Assembly (NCBI GenBank): GCA_023475165.1
Contig: JAMCWA010000088.1
Location: 130,298-194,297 of the forward strand
DNA length: 64,000 nt
Reading direction: 5' to 3'
Source of the DNA: Bacillota bacterium
GTDB lineage: Bacteria > Bacillota > Sulfobacillia > JAMCWA01
Part shown: piece by piece, positions 1 to 11,298 of the stretch
How the letters are laid out: every line of letters starts with the position of its first letter
Numbering within the stretch: position 1 is the stretch's first letter
Made by a program: the position numbers and the translations under genes
The notes under the pieces: model-generated
Database searches by the model: none
Seen by the model: the letters and a program-made list of their open reading frames with translations, nothing else
Told to the model about the DNA's origin: nothing

Positions 1-149
1 TTTCCGGCTTAAATCGCCCACTGCCTGGATGCGTCCGCCCTGCACGCCTACGTCAGCGGCCAACCGCTCTCGGCCCGTTCCGTCCAAAACCTGGCCACCG
101 CGCAGGATGATATCGAAATCCAAGTTCGCTCACTCCTTCCAAACCCCAA

Positions 150-1790
150 TTACTGCCCCCGCCGCAGGACACGCCCGGCTAGGGCGCCCGTATGTTCGCC
201 CTTGGCCACCGTCATTACCCCGTTGACCAGGACGTACTCTACCCCCTGAGCGTATTGGTGTGGTTCCTGATAGCTGGCCCGATCGCTGATCTTTTGCCGA
301 TCAAAGACGACCAGATCGGCCTGGTAGCCTCTCTGTAAGATTCCGCGGCCTTTGAGACCGTATTTCTCCGCGGTCTGCGAGGTCATCTTGCTGATGGCCT
401 CCTCCAGGGAAAGGAGACCCTCCTGGCGTACGTATTTCCCCAGGATCCGGGCGAAGGTACCGTAAGAGCGCGGATGAGGCTTGCCCTTTCCCAACGGTCC
501 GTAAGGGGCGGCAGCACTGGCATCAGAACCGATGACCGCCCCGGGAAAACGGATAACCTCCCGGACGTCTTCCTCCTGCATCAGGAAAAGGACCATACCG
601 ATGTTGTTTTCCTCCTCCAGCAGGAGGTCAAAGACCGTCTCCGCCGGCTCAGTCTGTCGGGCGCGGGCGATCTCGGCTATAGTCTGTCCGGGAAGGTCGC
701 TGTCCGGCCGGTTGGCCCGGGTGATCAGAATATTGTCATAACCGGCCGCCGCTATAAAGTTCTCCCAGCCGGGGATTCCCTCTTCTATCTCCCGTTTCAG
801 CCTTTCACGTACGGCGGGATCGCGAAGCCGCCCAAGGAAGGCTTCCTTGCCGCCAGCATGGGCCCAACTGGGAACCAGGCTTCCTAAGGAGGTACTGGCC
901 GCAGTATAGGGGTAAACGTCGCACCCGGCGGCGACACCCCGTTCCCTCGCCGCCTCCAGCAGAGCCAGGGTAGTCTTGACTTTACCCCAGTTCTTCCGAC
1001 CAGCCGCCTTGTGGTGGGAGATCTCGACCGAGATCCCGGCCTCCTTCCCGACGCGCAGGGCCTCGGCCACCGCTTCAATAACTGTATCACTTTCGCCGCG
1101 GATATGACTGCCGTAGATCCCGCCATAGGCGGCAGCCACGCGGGCCAATTCGATAATCTCCTCGGTCTGGGAATAGGTGCCCGGCGGATAAATCAGACCG
1201 GTGGACAAACCAAAGGAACCTTCCTCCATAGCTTGCCGGAGCAGCCTTTTCATCTCCTCCATCTCTGCCAGGGAGGGAGCCCGGTTTTCCCAGCCCATGG
1301 CCGCCGCCCGCAGGTTACCGTGCCCAACCATGGGGGCAACATTAACGGATACGCCCCGCCTTTCCACCTCGGCCAGGTATTCAGCCAAGGACTGCCATTT
1401 AATCTCCAAACCCGCCGTCCGTCCCAGGAATTCCGAACGCTCCCGGGCCGCCGCTCCTACCAGGGGGGCCCCGGAGGAGCCACACTGGCCAATGACCTCG
1501 GTGGTAACCCCTTGTCGGATCTTGCTCTCCCCTTGGGGGTTTAGCAAGACCGCCAAATCCGAATGAGAATGAGCATCAATGAAGCCCGGGGCGACGATGA
1601 GGCCGCGGGCATCCACAGGCTCATAACGCCCATCTTCCCGTCCCTCCGCCTCCTTTGCGGCGGTCTGGGGACGCGGCACGATCTCCTCTATCCTATCATC
1701 CTCAATGACCACGTCCGCCGGATAACCCGGTCGACCTGTCCCATCGATGACCATGCCCCCGGCAATAATCACCCGCGCCAAAAGAGACAC
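150..1790 (-). CDS. N-acyl-D-amino-acid deacylase (D-aminoacylase), amidohydrolase superfamily
   Basis: 546 aa. N-terminal 'VIIAGGMVIDGTG...ADVVIEDDRI' and metal-binding 'GFIDAHSHSD' are typical of the D-aminoacylase/amidohydrolase family. Confidence 0.8.
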   Translation of the reverse strand: MSLLARVIIAGGMVIDGTGRPGYPADVVIEDDRIEEIVPRPQTAAKEAEGREDGRYEPVDARGLIVAPGFIDAHSHSDLAVLLNPQGESKIRQGVTTEVIGQCGSSGAPLVGAAARERSEFLGRTAGLEIKWQSLAEYLAEVERRGVSVNVAPMVGHGNLRAAAMGWENRAPSLAEMEEMKRLLRQAMEEGSFGLSTGLIYPPGTYSQTEEIIELARVAAAYGGIYGSHIRGESDTVIEAVAEALRVGKEAGISVEISHHKAAGRKNWGKVKTTLALLEAARERGVAAGCDVYPYTAASTSLGSLVPSWAHAGGKEAFLGRLRDPAVRERLKREIEEGIPGWENFIAAAGYDNILITRANRPDSDLPGQTIAEIARARQTEPAETVFDLLLEEENNIGMVLFLMQEEDVREVIRFPGAVIGSDASAAAPYGPLGKGKPHPRSYGTFARILGKYVRQEGLLSLEEAISKMTSQTAEKYGLKGRGILQRGYQADLVVFDRQKISDRASYQEPHQYAQGVEYVLVNGVMTVAKGEHTGALAGRVLRRGQ

Positions 1791-2109
1791 CTTCTTTCTT
1801 CGCTAGACGAAATATAATAGATAGATTCAACAAGACGGGGAGAATTCCTGCTGATAACTGGGACTTTATTATAAACTAGGGCAAAAAAGAACCAGGAGCC
1901 CTCCACCCCACCTGAACCGCCGCCGCTGGCGAGGCGAAGGCACACCTGGGAAAACTGATCGCAAAGCATTCCTGGCCAAAGGAGAGTCTCTCGCAGTCTC
2001 GTATGAAACAAGTCCCATCTCTGCCAGCCTACCGGGCCTGGGTCGATCTCATCGAAGCTCCAGATCCCGCAGAAGCGACGTTTTCATCGTTTGTGGCGCC
2101 GCAGGCGGC

Positions 2110-2200
2110 ATGAGGAACTACCATGAAACAAACCAGCCACTTCCAGGGCGACGCTCGGGCGTTGCCGTCCTCGCTTTCCGTCACCTACGCCGACCGTATC
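2110..2200. repeat. fragment of A-module repeat (reverse orientation)
   Basis: 'aaacaaaccagccacttccagggcgacgct' matches 'aaacaaaccagctacttccaggacgccgctgctgtttc' at 33150. Confidence 0.4.
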
Positions 2201-2314
2201 CCGGATCAGCCCGGTCCACCGGCCGGCAGCGCGGCGATTCACCGTCCGTGGGAAGCGGCGTCCGGCGGCATGGGCATCTAGTACAAAAAAGTAGGCTGGA
2301 TAGTCTTCGCCTTC

Positions 2315-3883
2315 TTATCTCTTAGGCGGTGATTCGACCCTGACCGTCAACGTCTCCGCCTCCCAGGTTACCGTCGCCCCTGCCAGTTTCTCCGCCACAA
2401 AACGGACCGGAACCAATAGGCGCCCTCCCTGAAGTAATGGCGTAACATCCATGGAAAAGTACTGACTTCCCAGCCCGGCTGTGGTTAAGTGGGCCTTCCG
2501 ACGACCTGACCAGAGCTTGAGGGAGCGTCCATTGAGTTCCAGTACCGCCGCCTCTTCTTCCTCCAGCCAGGTTACCCTGGCCCCCATGGCCGTGGCCAGG
2601 AATCTGCCCGGGGCCAAGACCCGTCCCGTATCGAAAAAGGGTGCCACATCTGGAAAAACCACCGGCTGCCCATCCAGCTTGATGGTGAGTCCCTTCCAGG
2701 CGTCCAGACGGCCCACCTGGGACAGGTAAAGGCTCCCCTCCGCCACCAGCGGTGCGGCCACCGCCTTTTCCGCCAAAGGCCATTCCGCCTTCTTCCGGCC
2801 ACTGGTAGAATCCAGGAGGATGAGCCGGGACGGCTCTCCTTCGATCTCAAAGCTGGTGACAATGTAAACGCCTTCGGCCGTGAGCAATGGGGCTTCAATC
2901 ACGGGCCAGTACTTCCTCGTCCCTTTGCGTACCGGCTCGTGGCGAAAGACCCACTTCAACTGGTAATCCCCCGGATTAAAGCCATAGACCTCTCCCCATT
3001 CACTGGCGACCAGGAGGTCGGCCCGCAGGGCTAGGCCTTGCCACTTGTTGTCAGGGGAGCGGTATTCCCAGAGTTGCTTTCCCGTGGCCAAGTCCAAGGC
3101 ATAGAGACCTCCCCCATCTCCAGAAGCTGCCACAAAGACTCGGTCATCGGTGATGACAGGAAGGCTGTCCAGGGCCCCTTTCCCTGGTATCGTCTGCGAC
3201 CAGAGCAGCCGCCCCGAGTCGGAATCCAGGGCCAGGACCTGACCGTTGTGGGTGCCGACTACCAATCGTTTCCCGGCCAGGGCCGCACCGGCCCGGAACA
3301 GGTCATTGCCGGTATCGTACCGCCAACGCAGGGCACCGGTCACGGCGTCGAGGGCATAGAAGCTCCCGTCAGAGGACCCGAAGAGCACCAGATCCTGGGC
3401 CGCCAGCAAAGAACCGCTGATCCAGCCGGCCGTAGGAAACTCCCAAAGGCCCCGGCCGCTGGATGCCTCCACCGCCCGGACCAAACCCCCGTAGTCAGAC
3501 AGAAAGACACGGTCTTGGTCCACCGTCGGGCTACTCCTGATGCGCTGGGAAGAGGGCAGGCTCCAAAGGACGGCGCCCGTTTTTTCGTCCAGGGCATAGA
3601 ACCGACCGCTCTCACTGCCCAAAAAGACCCTCTCGCCGGCCAAGACCGGGCTGCTCCGGAACCGTTCTGGCAGACGGAAAGACCAGCGCGGATAAAGAAC
3701 ACTTCCAGGGCGCTCCTCGGAGGAACGCTGGCGTTGCTCATTGCCCCCTTCCAAAGGCCATTCCCCGGCCTGAACCCGGAGGCCGAACGACAGAAAGGTC
3801 ACCAGAGCCAGCACCGCAAAAAGCCGCCCGATAATACCACGCCGCAGGGTCCGTTCCCCCGGCCTTTCCGCAGTTGCAGCCAT
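2315..3883 (-). CDS. membrane-anchored PQQ-repeat beta-propeller protein with C-terminal copper-amine-oxidase-N-like domain
   Basis: Repeated 'G.LYALD..TG...W' beta-propeller motifs. N-terminal TM segment 'IIGRLFAVLALVTFLSF'. C-terminal 'LVPVRFVAEKLGATVTWEAETLTVRV' matches the Cu-amine-oxidase N-domain. Start is probably the internal Met at about 3883; the ORF itself runs to 4054. Confidence 0.6.
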   Translation of the reverse strand: MAATAERPGERTLRRGIIGRLFAVLALVTFLSFGLRVQAGEWPLEGGNEQRQRSSEERPGSVLYPRWSFRLPERFRSSPVLAGERVFLGSESGRFYALDEKTGAVLWSLPSSQRIRSSPTVDQDRVFLSDYGGLVRAVEASSGRGLWEFPTAGWISGSLLAAQDLVLFGSSDGSFYALDAVTGALRWRYDTGNDLFRAGAALAGKRLVVGTHNGQVLALDSDSGRLLWSQTIPGKGALDSLPVITDDRVFVAASGDGGGLYALDLATGKQLWEYRSPDNKWQGLALRADLLVASEWGEVYGFNPGDYQLKWVFRHEPVRKGTRKYWPVIEAPLLTAEGVYIVTSFEIEGEPSRLILLDSTSGRKKAEWPLAEKAVAAPLVAEGSLYLSQVGRLDAWKGLTIKLDGQPVVFPDVAPFFDTGRVLAPGRFLATAMGARVTWLEEEEAAVLELNGRSLKLWSGRRKAHLTTAGLGSQYFSMDVTPLLQGGRLLVPVRFVAEKLAGATVTWEAETLTVRVESPPKR

Positions 3884-3972
3884 TCGCCTCGACTGGTAGA
3901 CAAACTGATAGAAAAACCGGCTCACGCTCAGGTACCGCCGCGTTTTCAGTTGTTGTCCGCAGAAGAAACGGC

Positions 3973-4581
3973 TCATAGCTTTCCACGCCGGGCCTGATCC
4001 CTGACTTTCTCCAGTTCCCGAAAGATCAACCGTCGCCCCTCTTCCGTCTGCCACCAGTTGTTCCTGGTGACATCCTGCCGCCCATCGGGGACACAGAACG
4101 CCTCAACTCCAGGAAAATAGCGGAGAAAGGTCATTTTCGCCCGGCGCATGTGGAGTGGGGCTGAGATCAAAATCACCTTTTTCAAGTCCCGGTTCAGATT
4201 AGCCTGTTTGAGCACCTCTCGCCCGAAAACGACGTTTTCTTCGGTATTCGCAGACCTCGCCTCGGTGAGAAGGATGTCGGCCGGCAGTCCGCCGGCCCGG
4301 GCTGTTTCCTCCAGAACCACTGCCTCCGCCCTCCCGGTAGTCTTTGGGTCTCCCCCGGTGAAAAGGACGCGCGGCGCGTAACCGGCTTGAAAGAGTTCCA
4401 CCGCCTTCCAGGCCCTTTCCCGATGACGTCCCCCGAAAACAAAAATGAGGTCCGCCCGTTGTGGTTCGTCCTCAAGAAAAAGGAAATCGGTTACCTCGTT
4501 GATGGACATACCCTCATAGATTCGTTCCAAGGGAACCTCCCCCTTTGGCCTATGGATAAAAGAACCCTCATCCATCAACAC
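3973..4581 (-). CDS. DUF218/YdcF (ElyC/SanA) family protein
   Basis: 202 aa. 'LIFVFGG...[34 protein letters not shown]' matches the YdcF-like fold. Confidence 0.6.
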   Translation of the reverse strand: MLMDEGSFIHRPKGEVPLERIYEGMSINEVTDFLFLEDEPQRADLIFVFGGRHRERAWKAVELFQAGYAPRVLFTGGDPKTTGRAEAVVLEETARAGGLPADILLTEARSANTEENVVFGREVLKQANLNRDLKKVILISAPLHMRRAKMTFLRYFPGVEAFCVPDGRQDVTRNNWWQTEEGRRLIFRELEKVRDQARRGKL

Positions 4582-4730
4582 AATTCGACGAGATCAGATC
4601 TTTTTCCTGCTACCTCGGAAAGTTCGCCGTCGAAGCTCTTCCCTACAAAGCCCTGCAAGCGCCGCTGGCTGGGGGCGGCTCTTACGAGCTGCACCGCCGG
4701 CGTATCATCGCTTTTCACCAGGGGCTCGAC

Positions 4731-4757
4731 AAGAAAGGGGCCCCGCTCGGGGCCCCC
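4731..4757 (-). terminator. rho-independent terminator downstream of hppA
   Basis: Minus-strand GGGGCCCCG-agc-GGGGCCCC hairpin followed by TTTCTT. Confidence 0.6.
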
Positions 4758-4762
4758 GTCCT

Positions 4763-6808
4763 TCAGCGCACAAAGAGATGCGCCAGTACCAGGGTGATGG
4801 TACTAATGAGCTTGATCAGAACGTGCAAGGATGGCCCAGCGGTGTCCTTGAAAGGGTCCCCTACGGTATCGCCGACTACCCCGGCCTTGTGCGTATCAGA
4901 GCCCTTTCCCCCGTAGTTTCCTAGTTCGATGAATTTTTTGGCGTTGTCCCAGGCCCCACCGCCGTTATTGAGGAAGAGGGCCATCAAGACGCCGCCGATG
5001 GTACCGATCATCAGAAAGGCCGCCGCTGCTTCGGCTCCCAGAAGGAGTCCCACCAACACCGGGGTAAGCACGGCGATGGCGCCGGGCAGAACCATCTGTT
5101 TTAGGGCTCCTACCGTAACAATGTCCACGGCCTGCGCGTAATTCGGCTTGGCCTTCCCCTCCATGATCCCGGGGATCTCCTTAAACTGGCGGCGCACCTC
5201 CAGGATGACCACCTGGGCCGCTTTGCCCACCGCTCGGATGGCCGTGGAGGAGAAAAGGTAGACCATCATGGCCCCAATGAAGCCCCCCACAAAGACCTCC
5301 GGCTTACCGATGTCTACCGGGAAGTCACCCTTCCAATGGAGGGCCAGCTTCACCTCATCCAGGTAGGCAGAAAAGAGGAGGAAGGTGGCCAGGGCGGCGC
5401 TGCCGATGGCATAGCCTTTGGTCAAGGCCTTGGTGGTGTTGCCCGCCGCATCCAGGCGATCCGTTCGCAGCCGGATCTCCTTGGGGGCGCCAGACATCTC
5501 CACGATCCCGCCGGCGTTGTCCGTGATGGGGCCAAAGGTATCCATGGCCAGGATGTAGGCCGCCGTCGAGAGCATCCCCATGGTGGCTACAGCCGTACCG
5601 TACAGTCCGCCGCCCGCCAGTCCACTGTTCTGCCCCAACCAATGCGAAGCCAAGATGGCGGCAGAAATGATGATGGCGGGGATGGCGGTGCTCTCCATAC
5701 CAACGGCCACCCCGCTGATGATATTGGTGGCTGGTCCAGTCTGAGAAGCCGTGGCGATCTCTTTTACCGGGCGATAGCGATAGGAGGTGTAGTACTGGGT
5801 AACATAAACAAAGAGGAAGCTGGTAACAACCCCCACCATGGCCGCCAGGTAAAAATTCAGGAAGTTCACCCCAGGGGCGCTTAACATGTTTTGGGCCACA
5901 AAATAGAGGAAGATCGCGTTAAGTAGCGTGGTCACAAAATAGCCCATGTTCAGGGCCGTCATGGGGTCGCTTTCTTCCCGGGTACGAACGACAAAGATTC
6001 CCACCAGGGAAGCGATGATCCCAAAGGCCCGAGCCACCAGGGGGAAGAGAATACCCTTCACCCCAAAGACGGGCATCAAGGCGATTCCCAGGATCATCGC
6101 CCCGATGTTCTCTGCCGCCGTAGACTCAAAGAGGTCCGCCCCACGGCCAGCACAATCGCCGACGTTGTCCCCCACCAGGTCGGCCACCACGGCCGGGTTG
6201 CGAGGATCATCCTCCGGAATCCCGGCCTCCACTTTCCCCACCAGGTCGGCCCCAACATCGGCCGCCTTGGTGTAGATCCCGCCGCCTAACTGGGCGAAGA
6301 GGGCAACAAAGCTGGCCCCAAAGCCGAACCCAACGATCAAGAGAGGGGCCTTATCCGGCTGGGTGGCTCCCCCGAAGGCATAAAACAGGCCGGCTACTCC
6401 CAGAAGGCTCAAGGCCGTAACCGCCAGACCGGTGACGGCTCCCCCGCGAAAGGAGAGGGTCAGGGCGCGGTTCAGGGAGTGTCTGGCTCCAGCTGCCGCC
6501 CGTATATTGGAGTTGACCGACGTGTACATGCCTATGTATCCCGAAAGAGCCGACGCTAGGGCACCGGTCAGGAAGGCGATGGAGGTATGAAGGCCGTTGG
6601 CGGTAAAACCCAGGAGGGCGGCCACGATCACGGCCAAAAAGGCAATGGTTCGGTACTGGCGGAAGAGGAAAGCCATGGCCCCTTCCCTAATGGCATCAGC
6701 AATGACCTGCATTTCCTGAGAGCCCTTGTCATGACGAAAGACATCATAAATGAGAAAAACGGCGCCGAGTACGGCCAGGGCTCCCGCTATTGGGATAATG
6801 ATCTCCAA
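4763..6808 (-). CDS. hppA: membrane-bound proton/sodium-translocating pyrophosphatase
   Basis: 681 aa polytopic protein with conserved '[17 protein letters not shown]' and '[15 protein letters not shown]' motifs. Confidence 0.9.
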   Translation of the reverse strand: MEIIIPIAGALAVLGAVFLIYDVFRHDKGSQEMQVIADAIREGAMAFLFRQYRTIAFLAVIVAALLGFTANGLHTSIAFLTGALASALSGYIGMYTSVNSNIRAAAGARHSLNRALTLSFRGGAVTGLAVTALSLLGVAGLFYAFGGATQPDKAPLLIVGFGFGASFVALFAQLGGGIYTKAADVGADLVGKVEAGIPEDDPRNPAVVADLVGDNVGDCAGRGADLFESTAAENIGAMILGIALMPVFGVKGILFPLVARAFGIIASLVGIFVVRTREESDPMTALNMGYFVTTLLNAIFLYFVAQNMLSAPGVNFLNFYLAAMVGVVTSFLFVYVTQYYTSYRYRPVKEIATASQTGPATNIISGVAVGMESTAIPAIIISAAILASHWLGQNSGLAGGGLYGTAVATMGMLSTAAYILAMDTFGPITDNAGGIVEMSGAPKEIRLRTDRLDAAGNTTKALTKGYAIGSAALATFLLFSAYLDEVKLALHWKGDFPVDIGKPEVFVGGFIGAMMVYLFSSTAIRAVGKAAQVVILEVRRQFKEIPGIMEGKAKPNYAQAVDIVTVGALKQMVLPGAIAVLTPVLVGLLLGAEAAAAFLMIGTIGGVLMALFLNNGGGAWDNAKKFIELGNYGGKGSDTHKAGVVGDTVGDPFKDTAGPSLHVLIKLISTITLVLAHLFVR

Positions 6809-7034
6809 GAAAACTCAACCACCTTTCCCTTGTTCTTCAAGCTGAAGGGCGATTTCCTCACCGGTCGCCCTGTTCTGTCTGTTACTGGACTAACGTCCCC
6901 CCTCCTTCAATTGGTTATTCCCTAATTTTGTAGCTTTTACCACGAATAAAGTCTATACTGGACAGGCCGAAAAGTCAAGACCAGAGCCGGACCTCGTGCA
7001 CTCGTTCCCTCTTCACAACATAAACTGCCTTAGA

Positions 7035-7125
7035 GAAGACCTCTCCTAAGCTTTCTCGGGCGGGTTTACCACTCACAGCACAGTTCGTCAGCAGTCTGCT
7101 AAGTGTTCGCCGGAGACGCGAAGCG
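7035..7125. repeat. B-module fragment of dispersed repeat family
   Basis: 'ctttctcgggcgggtttaccactcacagcacagttcgtcagcagtc' matches 'gatttctcgggtgggttaaccactcagaacgcagtttgtcagcggtc'. Confidence 0.5.
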
Positions 7126-7227
7126 AACGGCCTACCCACCCTTGGACTCCCATTCGGAGGGATCTTTCGCTGGGAGAAATAAGGACGGACCACCTGTTCC
7201 ATTCTGTTTTTTGAGGAGGGAAACTTC

Positions 7228-7830
7228 GTGACCTTCCACCCCCGCTTCCTTAAGAGCCAGTTCAGTCCCTCGGCCGCCAGGATCGAAATCGACGTCGCCA
7301 CCCGTACCCTGATCCTCTACCTCGGTCCAACCCCTTCCGGTACCTATCCGGTGGGCGTTGGCAAGCTCAACACCCCTTCCCCCCTCGGGAACTGGGCCAT
7401 CCGGGAGAAGGTGCTCTTCCCCGATTGGGAGGTCCTGGGGACAAGGTGGATGGGCCTTACGGTCCCCTGGGGCAACTACGGTATCCATGGCACCAATGCC
7501 CCCTGGTCCATCGGCAACTACGTCTCCAACGGGTGCATCCGGATGTACAACGCCGACGTCGAGAAGGTGTTCGAGCAGGTGTATGTGGGTACCCCTGTCC
7601 ACATTTTCGGTGCTGCCTACCAATACCGGACCTTGCGGAACGGGAGCACCGGTTACGAGGTCCTCCTCGTCCAAGAAAAACTGGCCGTGCTGGCCTTTTA
7701 TCAGGATACCCCCGATGGGATCTTCGGCCCCAGCACTGAGGAGGCAGTGCGAGCCTTCCAACGGTTCCATGCTTTGGTCCCTGACGGGGTGGTAGGACCC
7801 GCGACCTGGGGCAAGCTTTTGTCCCGTTAG
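7228..7830 (+). CDS. L,D-transpeptidase (YkuD) with C-terminal peptidoglycan-binding domain
   Basis: GTG start with GAGGAGG RBS 7 nt upstream. Catalytic 'HGTN...GCIRM' motif. C-terminal 'LAFYQDTPDGIFGPSTEEAVRAFQ' is a PG_binding_1 domain. Confidence 0.85.
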   Translation: MTFHPRFLKSQFSPSAARIEIDVATRTLILYLGPTPSGTYPVGVGKLNTPSPLGNWAIREKVLFPDWEVLGTRWMGLTVPWGNYGIHGTNAPWSIGNYVSNGCIRMYNADVEKVFEQVYVGTPVHIFGAAYQYRTLRNGSTGYEVLLVQEKLAVLAFYQDTPDGIFGPSTEEAVRAFQRFHALVPDGVVGPATWGKLLSR

Positions 7831-10058
7831 CCCTCTTCCCCTCCGAAGAGCCGCTGGTATTCTCCCAGGGAAAGTCTTACCTCCCGCGGCTTGGAACCTT
7901 CGTAAGGGCCAACGAAGCCCCTTTCTTCCATAGCGTCCACCAGGCGGCCCGCCCGGGCGTAGCCTATCCTGAGGCGCCTTTGCAGAAGTGAGACGGAGGC
8001 CTGCCCTGACTCCACCACCACTCGCACCGCCTGCTGGAAAAGGTCATCATCCCCAGCGGTGTTCTCCCCCGTATCTTCTTCCTCCAGTTTCAAGACACTT
8101 TCCTCGAACTGAGGCTTCCCCTGGCGAGCCAGGTGCTCTACAATGGTCTCCACCTCGGCGTCAGAGATAAAGGCTCCCTGGGCCCGTACCGGTTTGGGGG
8201 AACCCATCAGGTGAATGAGCATGTCCCCCTTGCCCAGGAGTTTTTCCGCCCCGCCCATGTCCAGGATGGTCCGTGAATCGACCTGGGAGGAGACGGCAAA
8301 GGCTATCCGGGAGGGGATATTGGCCTTGATGGTGCCCGTAATGACGTCCACCGAAGGTCTTTGTGTGGCCACCACCAGGTGGATGCCGGCAGCCCGTCCC
8401 ATCTGGGCCAGGCGGGTGATTCCGTCCTCCACATCCACCGGGGCCACCATCATCAAGTCGGCCAGCTCGTCCATAACCACTACAATATAGGGCAGGAACC
8501 CGGCAGCCGCTCCATTTTGAATCTGCTGCTGGTTGTAGCGGGCAATGTCCCGCACCCCGCTGTCAGCAAAGAGCTCCCAGCGGCGGGCCATCTCCCCGAG
8601 CACCCAGCGCAGGGCTCCCGCCACTTTCTTGGGGTCAGTGACCACCGGAGCCAAGAGGTGGGGAATACGGTTGTACACGCTGAGTTCGACCACCTTGGGG
8701 TCGATGAGGAGGAATTTTACCTCCCGAGGTGAAGCCTTAAAGAGAATGCCGGCAATGAGGGAATTAACGCAAACGCTCTTGCCGGAGCCGGTGGCACCAG
8801 CAATGAGAAGGTGCAGGGTCTTCTCCAGGCTGGCCACAATGGGCCGCCCGGCGATATCCTTCCCCAGTGCTACCGTTAGAGGTGAGCTGGCGTTTTGGAA
8901 CTCGGGCGTTTCCAGGACCTCTCGTAGCCGGACCGTAGAAATTTCCTGATTGGGAACCTCAATACCTATGACCGACTTCCCGGGGATAGGGGCCTCGATT
9001 CGGACGCCTTGGGCAGCCAAACTTAACGCAATGTCGTCGGCCAGGCTCACCACTTTGCTGACCTTGATCCCGGGGGCAGGTTGAACCTCAAAACGAGTTA
9101 CGGTAGGTCCCCGGCTGACCTCTACCACCTTAGCGTTAACGCCGAAGGTCTCCATAGTGGCTTCCAAGAGCCGGGCCTTATCGGTGATCTCCCGGTCTCC
9201 CCGCGGGGCTTTCACCTTACCCCCGCGATCCAGCAAAGACAGCGGCGGCAGCTGAAAAAGGAAGCTGTCTCCCAGGGAAAGCTGCTGAAAGGGTGGTTTT
9301 TCCGGGACCCCCGCGCTGTCTCTTTTTTCTTCTCGGGGGGACTGAGGTTTACCGATCTCCGGCCGGATGACCTGAGTTCCTCCCGGAACAGGCTTGTCCT
9401 TGGTGAAAGACCGTAACCCCCTTCCCTGCTCCCCTCCCGGATCTCCTTCGGTAGTACCTGGGCGAGAAGGCAGTCTTTCTTCCTTCGCCGGGACGGCCCG
9501 TTTCCTGCGCATCTGACTCAGTTCCCGCACCTTCCGGAGCAAGGAACGCCCGAGCCCCCGCCCAAGGACCAATCCCTGCGAAGAGACGTGTTTCAGACTG
9601 AAGCCAGTCAACAGCAGAATCCCCACCAGGGCTAGAAACCCCATCACTACATAGTGCCCAGGGGAACCGAAACCGGCCCGCAAGGCCCAGGCCGTCACCG
9701 CCCCCAGGAGACCACCGCCAAAGCCACGCCAAGCGTTTTCAAACTCCAATCCCGGCGGCGTAGTCTGGTGAAGGTAGGCCGCGGCGGCGACAATCAGGAG
9801 GAGGGCCCCCACATACCGTGGTCCAAAGGTAAAACGTCGCCGGTAAAAAACCAAGGCCAAACCCAGCCATCCCAACCCCAGGGGGATTAGAGGGGCGATC
9901 TCCCCCAGAAGGATCCGTATCAGGCGGACAGTGAAATTTCCCAGAACCCCCGCCGTCCCGTTCAGGAGCCCCAAAAAGCCCAGGGTGGAAAGGGCTAGAA
10001 GGATGAGACCGAAAATCTCATATCTCAGGTCTTCTTTCAGCTGGCCAAAGAGCTTCAT
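7827..10058 (-). CDS. ftsK: DNA translocase FtsK/SpoIIIE
   Basis: N-terminal TM segments and a Pro-rich linker. Motor domain with Walker A 'GATGSGKS' and 'VVVMDELADLM'. C-terminal gamma winged helix. Likely start is Met 'MKLFGQ' at about 10058; the ORF extends to 10148. Confidence 0.9.
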   Translation of the reverse strand: MKLFGQLKEDLRYEIFGLILLALSTLGFLGLLNGTAGVLGNFTVRLIRILLGEIAPLIPLGLGWLGLALVFYRRRFTFGPRYVGALLLIVAAAAYLHQTTPPGLEFENAWRGFGGGLLGAVTAWALRAGFGSPGHYVVMGFLALVGILLLTGFSLKHVSSQGLVLGRGLGRSLLRKVRELSQMRRKRAVPAKEERLPSRPGTTEGDPGGEQGRGLRSFTKDKPVPGGTQVIRPEIGKPQSPREEKRDSAGVPEKPPFQQLSLGDSFLFQLPPLSLLDRGGKVKAPRGDREITDKARLLEATMETFGVNAKVVEVSRGPTVTRFEVQPAPGIKVSKVVSLADDIALSLAAQGVRIEAPIPGKSVIGIEVPNQEISTVRLREVLETPEFQNASSPLTVALGKDIAGRPIVASLEKTLHLLIAGATGSGKSVCVNSLIAGILFKASPREVKFLLIDPKVVELSVYNRIPHLLAPVVTDPKKVAGALRWVLGEMARRWELFADSGVRDIARYNQQQIQNGAAAGFLPYIVVVMDELADLMMVAPVDVEDGITRLAQMGRAAGIHLVVATQRPSVDVITGTIKANIPSRIAFAVSSQVDSRTILDMGGAEKLLGKGDMLIHLMGSPKPVRAQGAFISDAEVETIVEHLARQGKPQFEESVLKLEEEDTGENTAGDDDLFQQAVRVVVESGQASVSLLQRRLRIGYARAGRLVDAMEERGFVGPYEGSKPREVRLSLGEYQRLFGGEEG

Positions 10059-10200
10059 GTTTTTCCCTCGCCGCTCCAAGAATAGCATCCATCTCCTCTT
10101 TATGTCAACATGCCCGGTCCTTAAATACTCCGGCTGACCTTTGATCATACTACATGGCAGGTGAAGTACAGCGCAACAAAATCACCCGGAGGTCTAGGAA

Positions 10201-11037
10201 ATGCCAAAAGAGAAGGCCTTTGGCCCCGCGGAACCGGCGCCTGCTCCCGAACCCCAGGGCCCCGACTACTTACCGGGACCGGAGGTACCGGTGCCGCCGA
10301 CTCCGGTCGCCCCTCCCGACGAAAAACCTGTCCCGGAAAAGAAGACGTCTCGCCCCGGAAAGAAGCCGGAGGCGGCTGTCACCGGGAACATCAAGGAGAT
10401 GGGAACGCCCAGCGTGCCCCACCCCACCAGCAATATTCACATCCTGACCATCATCGGTCAAATTGAAGGGCACCTGGTCCTACCAGCTCAGAACAAGACG
10501 ACTCGTTATGAACACATTATACCGCAATTGGCGGCGATTGAGCAGAGTCCCGAGATCGAGGGAGTGCTGGTGGTCCTAAATACGGTGGGCGGCGATGTGG
10601 AGGCCGGTTTGGCCATCGCCGAGCTAGTTGCCAGCTTGACGAAGCCCTCCGTTTCCCTGGTCCTGGGGGGTGGTCACAGTATCGGGGTCCCTATCGCCGT
10701 CAGTACGGCCTATTCCTATATCGCCAATACGGCCACGATGACCATCCACCCCATCCGGCTCACGGGTATGGTCATCGGCGTCCCCCAAACCTATGAATAC
10801 CTGGACAAGATGCAGGACCGCGTGGTGAAGTTCGTCGTGAAAAATTCGGGGATTACCGAAGAAAAATACCGGGAGTTGATGTTTCGCACCGGGGAACTGG
10901 CCCGGGATATTGGAACGGTCTTGGTCGGCAAGGACGCCGTTCAGGTGGGGCTCATCGATGAAGTCGGGGGGCTAGGGTCGTCCCTGAAGAAGCTCAAGGA
11001 ACTGATTGCCGAGAGAAAAAGGCACAAGAGCAGCTGA
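10201..11037 (+). CDS. tepA: ClpP-like translocation-enhancing protein TepA (YmfB family)
   Basis: Clp-protease fold '[41 protein letters not shown]'. Pro-rich N-terminus; the true start may be the internal Met at about 10399. Confidence 0.7.
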   Translation: MPKEKAFGPAEPAPAPEPQGPDYLPGPEVPVPPTPVAPPDEKPVPEKKTSRPGKKPEAAVTGNIKEMGTPSVPHPTSNIHILTIIGQIEGHLVLPAQNKTTRYEHIIPQLAAIEQSPEIEGVLVVLNTVGGDVEAGLAIAELVASLTKPSVSLVLGGGHSIGVPIAVSTAYSYIANTATMTIHPIRLTGMVIGVPQTYEYLDKMQDRVVKFVVKNSGITEEKYRELMFRTGELARDIGTVLVGKDAVQVGLIDEVGGLGSSLKKLKELIAERKRHKSS

Positions 11038-11082
11038 GAACCACCGGACTAAAATCCAACAGTCTCCCGGGGGGTTGAGCGA

Positions 11083-11298
11083 GTGATCCTTTGGACCGTC
11101 ATGCCTATAGAACTGGTTCTGGAAAACGCCCAGACGGCTCCGGCTTTGCTGGAGGTCCAGCAAGAGGGTCGCCTGCTTCTGGTGGAACCTCAGCCAGGCG
11201 GCCAGGGCAAGCTGGTTCGCCTTATTAGTTCCGACCCAAGCGACTACCTGAATCCTTCCTGGCAACCAGGTACACTGGTGCAACTGGGAGTCCATTGA
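11083..11298 (+). CDS. YlzJ-like small protein
   Basis: 71 aa starting 'MILWTVMPIELV', immediately downstream of tepA as in Bacillus ymfB-ylzJ. Confidence 0.5.
   Translation: MILWTVMPIELVLENAQTAPALLEVQQEGRLLLVEPQPGGQGKLVRLISSDPSDYLNPSWQPGTLVQLGVH

Noticed and set aside
29-226. 65-aa ORF at the window start
   Set aside because: It overlaps the 3' end of the D-aminoacylase gene on the opposite strand, has no RBS and its Pro/Arg-rich composition is typical of a GC artefact.
3038-3997. 319-aa plus-strand ORF inside the PQQ-propeller gene. Similar long antisense ORFs are 35543–36574 inside pnp, 42310–43431 and 43217–43939 inside infB, 19546–20568 inside the CN-hydrolase, 27344–28315 inside lysC and 60173–61141 inside the sigma-54 regulator.
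   Set aside because: These products are Arg/Pro/Gly-rich and low in complexity, with no family resemblance. They are fully embedded antisense to well-supported genes. Long shadow ORFs of this kind are the expected artefact in GC-rich DNA.
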